Shown: positions 53,654 through 64,000 of the stretch, piece after piece | Layout: each line of letters begins with the position of its first letter | How positions within the stretch are numbered: the stretch's first letter is position 1 | NCBI GenBank assembly: GCA_951406725.2 | Contig: OX597834.1 | Location: 23,932,001 to 23,996,000, forward strand | Direction of reading: 5' to 3' | Source of the DNA: Octopus vulgaris | Taxonomy: Eukaryota | DNA length: 64,000 nt | Position numbers and translations under genes: made by a program | Notes under the pieces: generated by a model | The model's database searches: none | Told to the model about the DNA's origin: nothing | Seen by the model: only the letters and a program-made list of their open reading frames with translations

Positions 53654-54586
53654 TAGATACACTCATACCTGACACACAGATGGAATGCTCAAGGCTGGAA
53701 TATCTTTAATCATAAATTTGATCGATTAGATTTGACCTGAGGCTAAATGACATCTACAACAGTGACATCATCATTAAAATCACTCATTGAAGACTCATTC
53801 TCCACCATCAGTCCCAACATCATCATTATCCACAGCCATCACCACCACCACCACCCTCCTCCATTCACCCACCCTTGCACATCTTCACAGCTACACTGAG
53901 TGATGTAACCGGCCACTCTCTGTCTCTTCCTCTCCTCTGCCCTACACCATAACACAAGCATGTCAATACTGGGATGGGAGAACTAGGAGTGAGACAGATA
54001 GAAACAGGATGCGTGTGCATGTATATATATATATATATATACAAACCATCCCTTTTATTAAAAAAAAACCTTGTAAAAGTTGGAGTGGTGGGTGGGTCTC
54101 TTTGTGATGCAGGGTGTTGTAGGATGGGGTGATGTGAGATAAACAGGTGTCACCATGGCAACAGAAGATGGAGGAAAGAAAACAATCAACTGTAGCAAGA
54201 ACAAGGGGAGAAGTTGGGAGTGGGGGAATAAACTATCGGATAACGTGGTGAGAATTATGTTTCTCTTTACGTTCACCCAGTTAACCACCTCTTTCTACAT
54301 GACCCACCAAACAACTTCAATATAATTACCTGTCTCTATATTCAACTATGTGGGTAGTCTCTGCAACTACCCACATTGTTACCTCAGGTTTTCTGTGCTT
54401 TCCCATCTACCTACCTTCAAACCCCCACCCCTATATCAACCAAATAAACTTCCAACTGTCTCTTGATGTCTTTCCATAATTACTTCCAATTGTTTATATA
54501 GTCTGTGATTGTATATCTACCCACCGTCTCTCTCTCTAAAACTTTATATGTGTGTGTTTGTATGTGTATATATATATATATATATA

Positions 54587-54883
54587 TCACCGTGACCGAC
54601 CAGGCTATCAGATGTTGCTACATATCGCTGGTCACAATGCGCTTCGCATTGTTTTAGCCTTCAAATGATGCCACCCCGCTGGCTAAGCGAGCAAGCCAAC
54701 AGAAGAAAGAGAGAAAGTTGTAGCGAAAGAGTACAGCAGGGATCACCACTATCCCCTGCCGGAGCCTCGTGGACCTTTAGGTGTTTTTGCTCAATAAACA
54801 CTCACAATGCCTGGTCTAGGAATCGAAACCGCGATCCTACAACCGCGAGTCCGCTGCCCTAGCCACTGGGCCATTGCGCCTCC
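54587..54883 (-). mobile_element. tRNA(Arg)-like SINE (related to family C) with RTE-derived tail
   Basis: Head ggaggcgcaatggcccagtgg..gcggactcg..gtttcgattcc. Tail is similar to 48267-48333. Confidence 0.8.
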
Positions 54884-55569
54884 ACACACACATATATATA
54901 TATATATATACAGGCAAATCAAAAATTTAAACAAACTAAAGTCAATTGTACACACACAGTGAATATATTAGATTGACACTCAGTGAAAGTTTTAGATGAA
55001 AAAATAGGAGTGATGTTTTGAGCATGGATCTGCATTGGAAAGTGAAAAAATTCAAAGAGAAGAAAAAGGAGAGAGAAGCCAAGCTTGAGAAAACCATGTG
55101 GTGATGGTTGTGGTGATCATGATGATAGTGACTTTGGTGATAAACAAAAGGAAAGAAAAAAGATATGGAAAACACCACCACTGCCATTACCAATGCTGAC
55201 TGAAGAAACAAGAACAACAACAATAAGGAAAGCAAGTAGAAGAAAAAACAAATTCTTCATACAACACCTGCAAATTCAACCACAACCACCAACAACCATT
55301 AACATAAATACAAATACTGAAAACAACAATTTAAGAATCTAGCCTTGGCAGTTTTGTTGCTGTGGTGCACCAAGCACAAGAAAATACAAAATCATTAGTG
55401 AATGATTTAAAGAATGCAAAAAGCATATTATACAGAAATGGAAGAAGAGTTACTCTTAACATGCCTGAAGCCATAGTGTAAGACACAAATAGAAAAACTG
55501 TGGCACACAAAACCATAAGCTATAACAGGCAGAAAATTAAGCAGCACAGCAACAAATTGAAAGGTATCT

Positions 55570-57110
55570 GAGACTTATCAAGTGCACAAAAACATGTATT
55601 ACAAGGGAGAAATGAGATTTGCTACAGAAGATGATCCAGAAAGTAAGTTGATTGTCTTGGATATGAACAACAGTGATGGGGTTACTTTCAGACTGGTGGC
55701 TGCTTATGCTCTGACAGGGGTAAGACAGCCAGATTTCTTCAGATGTCTGGAAGTTTTCCTGAGAACATTTTGACCTTTAGTGCTTGTGGGTAGCTGAAAC
55801 ACCATCTTGGATGCACATTTGGATAATATGGGGTTAACTGATAAAAGAAGAGGATGCAAAAGCCTAGAAAACCTGCTCAAACATTTCGAACTGTCTGACA
55901 GGTATCAACTGGATTTCCTGAATGTGTCAATGTGGATGTGGACAAAATGCATTGGATCATCCGGGTCATTCCTGGATAGTGCATTCTGTAGGCCAAGAGA
56001 TATGGATAGCATATGCTGTCCATGTTTTAAAAATTGTAGGCTACACAAACCACAAATTTATTATTTACACAATTGACCTAGATAAGCTTTGTACCAACTA
56101 GTTTCTAGAAGCTGAAAGCATCAGTCCTGCTGTGCCAAGCTTTCAGAGACCAGGTTAGCAAATTAGTAAAGCAGTCTTGGCAGGGTCAATCCTCAACAGC
56201 AAATAGTGGTTTGCCCTGAAAAAGGCAATTAGAGTAGAGTCAATTGGGTTTAGGTAGGCATTAGCAATAGAAAGAAATAGAACAGAGGAAAACTTAGAAA
56301 CATAGGAGATGTGCTTAGGAAAACCATCACAACCAATGTGCTTGTGGCAAGATTGACCTTTGACCGATTCCTCAATGGTAATCACGAAGGTTGTATAGTC
56401 AGAGCTAAAGGGAACAAAAACCATTCAAAGAGCCTGAGTGATGGAAGCACAACATGACAACGAAGCAACAATTTAGTCTTTGATGGACTAAAAGTGAGTA
56501 CATATCTGTTTCTTTATTACCCACAAGAGGCTAAATATAGAGGGGACAAACAAGGACAGACAAACGGATTAAGTCGATTACATCGACCCCCCAGTGCATA
56601 ACTGGTACTTAATTTATCGACCCCAGAAGGATGAAAGGCAAAGTCGACCTCAGCGGAATTTGAACTCAGAACGTAACGGCAGACGAAATACGGCTACGCA
56701 TTTCGCCCGGCGTGCTAACGTTTCTGCCAGCTCGCCGCCTTAGTGAGTACATATCATTTGAGTCTGAGCTGATTGTGTGCAGCATTTATCTCGAACTGGC
56801 ACTGCCAGTTCGAGATAAACTCTGCAGGCAAGGAAGTGCCATCAGTCAGACCTGCCTGAGATGCATGCAGAGCAACAAAAATATTCTGCACACAATCATC
56901 AATTGTCCAAGCATTGCAGATTTGTGGGTTTATGTCGAACACCTGCAGTTGCATGAAGGGCACATCTAGCCATTGGCTGAGTTCATTGTGAAGAGTGTCC
57001 TGCAACCTTCTTTAGGTTGGAAAAGGCAGGCAATGTTTATTTGTCTAGTGTCTTCAGCAAAAGAGGTTGTGATGGGGGCCAGATTGAAGGGGATGAAGAC
57101 AGTTTCACTT
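55570..57110 (+). mobile_element. Degenerate, deleted L1/Tx1-clade LINE (APE endonuclease and C-terminal zinc knuckle)
   Basis: KLIVLD....FRLVAAYA....DFF, then LPVRDKL....CLRC....ILHTIINCPSIADLW. Homologous to 855-1286. Confidence 0.75.
56507..56741 (-). mobile_element. SINE family B with 14-bp TSD
   Basis: agtgagtacatatc at 56493-56506 and 56742-56755. Confidence 0.9.
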
Positions 57111-57278
57111 TTGACCAAGCCAAAGGCAGGTGTATCTACAGATATATCAACAGATGTGCTGATAGAGAGATATATTAATAGGTATTCAAAAATAGATATA
57201 GCAGAATTGAATGAAATGAAAAGAAAAAGCTCAGCTGGTAAATAACTTGGACTGGAAAGTTTAGTTCTGTTTAACATA

Positions 57279-57327
<49 letters not shown>

Positions 57328-57334
57328 TGGTGTT

Positions 57335-57450
57335 TGCAGCCAGTTTTGTTGTCTATAAGGCATGCATACTTAGTACACTACTTTATAGTAGTGAGACGTG
57401 GAGCCTCTACTCTAGACAAGAATGGTGTCTCAATGTTTTTTATTTTCACA
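57335..57450 (+). mobile_element. RTE reverse transcriptase C-terminal fragment
   Basis: VYKACILSTLLYSSETWSLYSRQE. Confidence 0.7.
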
Positions 57451-58713
57451 GAAAAAGGTGGCTTGCAACAGGTTTGGGGGTCAGATACTTTGAATGCACC
57501 GAAAAAAAACTGTGGAAAAAATTATTTCACATTGAGGTATGAAATATTTACTGAAAGAATAAAATCGTGTACCGATTATACCTGTACTTTAACTAATTCA
57601 AATCAATGTACCTCATCTTAAAAAGTGGCAAAATTTTTGTCGGTTGCCATCTGGGATAATTTTAATAACAAACCAAACAGGTAAGATGCATTAAGAATTT
57701 CAATTTTAATGTTTATCCATAATATTATTGCTTTTACACCTGTTAATTAAATTTACCTGTCCATAAAAGTCAAATTTAGTCAGCAAGATCAGCTAAAATT
57801 ACTTAATAAACAAGTGGTATATAAAGCACCCACTGACAATTTTTGCAAACCTGTATGTAAGAAATTTACAAAGTTACAAGCCAATATTGTGAACACCCCT
57901 CTTGAACCTGCATAATTCAAAATAGCATGATCAAATAAGCATCACATTTGACAGATTAATAGGAACACTAAAGAAGTTTTTAGGTGTCTTTTTTTCTTAC
58001 GAACACACACACATAACATGGCCTTGCTCGGTTGGGACTACACGTGTGGTACTTTGACATAATTATTCCATAAAATTTGTTTATGGGGAAAAAAGCATTG
58101 AAAAATATCGATAGATGTGTGAGAAAGAAACGAGGAAGTAGTTGGGATGTGCTAGAAACAACAGCCAGATCTCCTTTAAATCACACATTTTCCTCTGAAA
58201 TTATTAACAATCTTTTTAAAAACCAAAAATGCTTCCTTCATGGTTTTTAAGTATGTATTGAAAAAAAAAAAGAAAAGGCCAAAATCATTTCGGACTGGGG
58301 TGGTGAGGAGTTGGTGGGAGTGAAAAAAAAAAAAAATTTACATAATTTTTTTTTTTTTTGTGAAAAGATGCCTCCCAACATTCTGAAAACTTTGGTGAAA
58401 ACATTGGAAAAAAATCCCCATCAAAATGGGGTAATTCCAATTTAGGTAGGCTATCTGAGCCGAAACTCCCCCTACCAACCCACTTCCAAAAATTTTGCCT
58501 ACAAATTTCTTTGAAATCGTAATCTACACCATTTCACACGTATTTGTCTAACATTTCCAGAAAGTTATGAAGGGGGAAAAAAGTCAGATCCTGTGAATTT
58601 TCCAAAACTCCTCTCCCCAACCACTTGGAAAATGTTTTGCAACAAATCTTTACATATACTAAATCTACAGGATATAAGCGATTATTAGGTGAAAGTTTAA
58701 TTAAAAAGTAATT

Positions 58714-58850
58714 AGGTTGTCCCAAAAGTTCGTAAACACTTGCGAAAATTGAATTTTTACTCGCCAAGTACTAACAAAAACAACAAAAATTATTCCTCAA
58801 AATAAAGACCATTATTTTCCAAGACTTTCTACGAACTTTTGGGACAACCT
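58714..58850. mobile_element. 137-bp Tc1/mariner-type MITE
   Basis: Perfect 21-bp TIRs aggttgtcccaaaagttcgta / tacgaacttttgggacaacct; TA follows the right end. Confidence 0.75.
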
Positions 58851-59054
58851 TATATTATTCTGAAAGTTATGAGGCAACAAAAATCAGTGGGGTATTAAAC
58901 TGTAGTTATGCCTTTCTCAATAAAAGTTAACACTAACAGATTGATGTTAACTTCTGATACTTTTTCAAAGAATTAACGGATTAACAATTAACAAAGTTAA
59001 CTTTTTTGCTTGACGGATTAACGATTAATGAAGCTAACTTTCCAATGAATGGTG

Positions 59055-59131
<77 letters not shown>

Positions 59132-59134
<3 letters not shown>

Positions 59135-59479
59135 AACTGCATGGTATGTAGGATTAGCCCTGGCATTAACTGTAGAACTCGAAATGTAGTTTAAAGCATA
59201 AGATGCATAGAAGGTGCTTGTAAAGACATGAACATCATGTACATAGGGGAGACATCTAGTAGCATTGTGGAATGACTAAATGGACATCTGAAACAATATG
59301 ATGACAAAAAACAGTCCTCCATACTCTACCAATATGCCAAAGACCACCACGGAGGCAACTTGGGTCAACTTGACATCGGCATCATATCCAAGCACCCAAA
59401 AGGCCCAACACTCAGACAAATACAAGAGTATGTCCTTATAAATGAAACCTCTCCAATACTAAATAGGAAATATACATAG
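59132..59479 (+). pseudogene. Penelope-like linker Cys motif plus GIY-YIG endonuclease fragment
   Basis: DNCMVCRISPGINCRTRNVV*SIRCIEGAC...YIGETS...E*LNGH...SILYQ...RQIQE...PILNRK. Two stops; begins directly after (TA)n; paralogous to 21172-21492. Confidence 0.85.
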
Positions 59480-60494
59480 TAGATATCATACCTCCATACC
59501 CACAGTTTACACAGGTAGAGTAGAATAGTGAGTGGACTATTATGTAGATAGATGTATGTATGTGTGTGGGTGTGAGTGTGTGTATGCACATGTATTTATT
59601 TTTTTTGTATGTAAGCATATGGATATGAAAATAAACAGATCAACAGACAGACGGATAGGTACATAGGTTATAAGAACAGACAAGCACACATATGCAAATG
59701 GAGACTGAAACACATGACCATATATACACACACACTTTAATCCACACAAGGACACATATGGAGACATGGGTCCACACATACAGAAATCCACATCCATACA
59801 TACAAACATGGTACATGGTTGCAAAACACACACACGCACACAGACATGCACACACAAGGAGACAGAGGTGCATACATATACAAACACACGCTCACACGTA
59901 CGCATACATAGAAAATACACAAACACAGACATGCAAGCACATGAATATGCAGAATACATACATAGAGATGCACACACAGACATACATATATACATATGCA
60001 TACACATACATATATACATACATACATGCATACATACACACATGCATACGCACATACACACACAGTGACCCACACACATATACACAAACAAACAAAAAGG
60101 AACGTAGTGTAAATAATGGACAGAGTCAAGACTATCGACAAGGTTGCAAGACGCAACAAAAATTTTAGGAAAATAAAAATAAAGAATAAGTGGCAATTTT
60201 ATATGCATTAGGCTCTTGGCAACAGGTTGCAAAATAATGCCTGCTTTTAGGGCACTTCCTTTGAGAGATAGAACAAATTGTAAAAGAAAAAGCACTTCTT
60301 TTCAGCGCCTACAGTCTATCCATATCCTCTTTGGTGTGGAAAGTAGACAGTGAATCAGGCAAACTTCTGAAGCAGTGTCTTCTTTTCTCAACCAATCGAA
60401 TATCTGCTCTTTTGTCCTTTTATCTAAAAAGTCAAATGATATTGGGCATGCGGCGATGAACAATTGCAACACGAACAACACCGGGATTCACTGC

Positions 60495-60686
60495 TGCGTG
60501 AGAAGACCCGGCAGGACAAGTGAGACCATAACCCGTGGCCTCTACCTGGGATGTAGCCAGTCCACTTATGCATACCTTTCCTTCTTGGGATACAAAACTC
60601 TACTTGTGAAGACCTGTTGAGGCAAATGAAAATCCAAAATCAAAATCAAAATCGATCAACATCAATGGAAATTGCAGCTGTGATAC
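60495..60686 (+). mobile_element. RTE-family ORF end and proximal 3' UTR
   Basis: tgcgtgagaagacccggcaggacaagtgag matches 34811-34840. Confidence 0.75.
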
Positions 60687-61042
60687 TATCATGGCTGTAG
60701 TAGAAGACACTTGCTCGGGTGCAAGAACCATGACCCATGTGGTTGGGAAGTAAGATTCTTACCACACAACCACACCTAAATTTTATCTTTATAATTCTTT
60801 TTTTCCTTATATCTGGTAAAACATGAAAGAAGGTAAATAAGCAATACGCTTCTAAGTTCATTTCAATTACATCTAAAAATACAGTTTTTATTAAATGAGA
60901 GAATTTCAAAAGAATTTTTTGAAATACTTTGCTTGTGTTTAATACATAAACATATTACTTTCAGCTATACTGACTTGCACTGTAGAATTTCGATGGGTCC
61001 TGCTAGTTATTATTAAAAGATGGCAAACTGGGCGAATCATTA

Positions 61043-61445
61043 GGCGTAGGAGTGGCTGTGTGGTAAGTAGCTTGCTTATGAACCACATGGTTCCAGGTTC
61101 AGTCCCACTGCGTGGCACCTTGGGCAAGTGTCTTCTACTATAGCCTTGGGCTGACCAAAGCCTTGTGAGTGGATTTGATAGACGGAACCTGAGAGAAGCT
61201 CGTTGTATATATATGTATATATATATATGTATGTGTGTATATGATTGTGTGTCTGTGTTTGTCCCCCCAACATCGCTTGACAACCAATGGTGGTGTGTTT
61301 ATGTCCCCATAACTTAGCGGTTCGGCAGAAGAGACCGATAAAATAGGTACTAGGCTTCCAAAAAAATAAGTCCTGGGGTTGATTTGCTCGACTAAAGGTG
61401 GTGCTCCAGCATGGCCGCAGTCAAATGACTGAAACAAGCAAAAGA
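61043..61445 (+). mobile_element. SINE A, full length
   Basis: Head and tail match the family. Confidence 0.9.
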
Positions 61446-61663
61446 GCAAAAGAGCAAAGAGCATGCTGGACAAAATGCTTAGCAGCATTCTTCCACCTTT
61501 TTACATTCTGGGTTGAAATGCTGCCAAAGTCAACTATCCCCTATATCCTTTCAGGATCAATAAAATAAGTGCTAGTTAAGCACTGGGGTTGGTGTAATCA
61601 ACTAGTCCCCTCCCTAAAATTGTAGGCTTTGTGCCTTTAGTAGAAAGAATTATTAGCTGTGAT

Positions 61664-62050
61664 GAAATTGCAGCTGTGATACCAGCGCCGGTGGTACGTA
61701 AGAAAACCATCCGAACGTGGCCATTGCCAGCGCCACCCCGACTGGCCTCGTGCCGGTGGCATGTAAAAAGCACCATCCGATCGTGGCCGTTGCCAGCCTT
61801 GCCTGGCCCCCTTGCCGGTGGCTCATAAAAAGCACCATTTGATCGTGGCCATTTGCCAGCCTCGCCTGGCACCTGTGCCGGTGGCACGTAACAGCACCCA
61901 CTACACTCAGGGAGTGGTTGGCGTTAGGAAGGGCATCCAGCCGTAGAAACATTGCCAGATCAGACTGGGCCTGGTGCAGCCTTCTGGCTTCCCAGACCCC
62001 AGTTGAACCGTCCAACCCATGCTAGCATGGAAAGCGGACGCTAAACGATG
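61664..62050 (+). mobile_element. RTE-family distal 3' UTR/tail
   Basis: Internal repeats and ggcgttaggaagggcatccagccgtagaaac. Confidence 0.9.
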
Positions 62051-62944
62051 AAGTTGATAAGCTGGCAGAATCAACATGCTGGGCAAAATGATTAGCAATA
62101 TTTTTTCTGGTTTTATGTTCTGAGTTCAAATTCAGCTGAGGTCAACTATGCCTTTCATCCTTTCAGGGCTGATAAGATATAGTACCAGTTGACCATTGGT
62201 GATGATGAAATCAGCTTGCCCCTTCTACAAAATTGCTGGCCTTGTGCCAAAAATTATTATGATTACCATGTCACTTAAACTGGGTCTTTAGCTTCTTTGG
62301 CAATAACAGCCATCAATTATTCTTCTCACCCCTGCTATTTTGTTACCAAAATAGGAAAACAAACCCATTTCAAGTAAGAAGTTTTAACTATTCTACAACC
62401 AACAAACAAGAAAGAAAATGTAATTGCAACAGTAAAAAGGGAATAAAAAATATAATAATGTAAATAATAATGCAGATCTTCTCCACCGTCGCCACCATCA
62501 TCACCAGTTGCAGAACCCTCCCCAGACACACCACCACTTGTTGTAGACCCTCTCACCACCACCAGTTACAAATGTAAAATTGCACTAGTTTTTCATGAGA
62601 TGGATAAAGAAAATCCATAGTTGCAGCATTGATCCAGTTGACAACACCAACGTTAAGTGACAGCAGCAGTTTATTGGTCAAAATCAATGGGAACCTTTCA
62701 CATAAATGGGTTATGTCTAAGTTCTCTACTCAAGGTGTTAGTGAATATTTCACTAACTAGCAATAAATGTTGTTGTTGTTGAGGCCCTGATGGAGCAAAC
62801 TTTAATAAAAAATATTCCAGTCATGCCCTTCCTAGCTTTCTCCTGAACATTGTCTTGGATTACATTATGCAATGTATCCCCACCCCATGTTGAAGATGGT
62901 ATGCAGTATTTTGAGAGAGATGTAACTGCTATTACTAGCCAGTT

Positions 62945-63292
62945 ACTTTTACTTTTACTTGTTTCAGTCATTTGACTGTGGCCATGCTGGAGCACCGCCT
63001 TTAGTCGAGCAAATCAACCCCGGGACTTATTCTTTGTAAGCCCAGTACTTATTCTATCGGTCTCTTTTTGCCGAACCGCTAAGTGACGGGGACGTAAACA
63101 CACCAGCATCGGTTGTCAAGCAATGCTAGAGGGACAAACACAGAAAAAACACATACATATATACGACAGGCTTCTTTCAGTTTCCATCAACCAAATTCGC
63201 TACAGCAGAAGACACTTGCACAAGATGCCACGCAGTGGGACTGAACCTGGAACCATGTGGTTGGTTAGCAAGCTACTTACCACACAGCCATG
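62945..63292 (-). mobile_element. SINE A with internal deletion
   Basis: Reverse complement of the family head and tail. Confidence 0.85.
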
Positions 63293-64000
63293 GTTAATGG
63301 TGCACACTGAATTGTACAAGGTTGATATTTGGGTGATAGTGTGGTTGGTAGTCTGACTGTCTGGATGGTGAGATACAGTTGTTTTTAAAATTACTTTCAA
63401 GTGAATACCATTACAAAAATTCTTTTTGGCATAAATATTTTGTAAAAGACTCATTTGTAACCTCAATGTGGAATAATTTTTTTCCATGGGTGTTTTTTGA
63501 GTGCATTCAATGTATCTCACTTCCAAAGACTTGGCTGCTATTTCTAGCATGCCCTGCTACCACGTAACTGCTATTAATAATAATGATAAAGGACCTAAAA
63601 TACCTGCTATGTAGTAGCACGACGTGCAAGAAATAGCAGCCAAATCTTTCCTTTTCTAGGGAAAGGAGCTGCTTACATGTAATTTCAATGTCACATTCAT
63701 TGAAAGCATGCAAAATAACCTGGGAAAGAAAAACCCATGAAACAAAACTCCATTGCTGGGAAACTCAGACTTTCCTGGTGACCCAACTGGTCACGGGTAG
63801 TCTAGTATACTATTAAAAATGAACTTCAATCTTGCTTGCTTGGAATGTTACTCAGCCAAATCAGCACATAACGGGAAAATAATTTGAAAGTAAGGTGTCC
63901 CTAAAATGTGAACACAAACAATAAAACAAGTTTCGCGTAAATCAGATCACTGGTTTTTGAGCTAAGAAGTGGGGTTCAGGTACTTCGAACTATTGGTGAC

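Noticed and set aside
59273-59275. In-frame TGA as selenocysteine in a Naiad-like element
   Set aside because: It aligns to the conserved Arg (ER in the 21172 paralogue), so it is a nonsense change from an Arg codon. The copy also has a TAA stop.

Overview
This is AT-rich animal DNA, very probably from an octopus. That is an inference from the SINE/LINE families and the very dense (TA)n/(CA)n/(GAT)n repeats. I recognise no intact host protein-coding gene, and most ORF-track entries are microsatellite or repeat translations. The window is a repeat graveyard. It holds three kinds of tRNA-derived SINE, 3' ends of RTE LINEs, degenerate L1/Tx1, R4/Dong and CR1-like LINEs, and mariner, Tc1 and Merlin transposase relics. 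It also holds piggyBac-, hAT- and Tc1-type MITEs and Penelope-like elements (two GIY-YIG fragments). The most notable signal is about 8 minimal hammerhead-ribozyme-like motifs from several unrelated Penelope-type terminal-repeat families, nearly all inserted in (TA)n tracts. One has an intact core and a very long stem II. Another sits at the boundary of a perfect 124-bp inverted repeat flanking a GIY-YIG fragment. Two SINE-LINE shared-tail pairs, a SINE target-site bias, twin-priming-type inversions, a templated insertion and a possible multi-exon minus-strand transcript are also visible. All alignments and folds were made by eye and boundaries are approximate unless stated.
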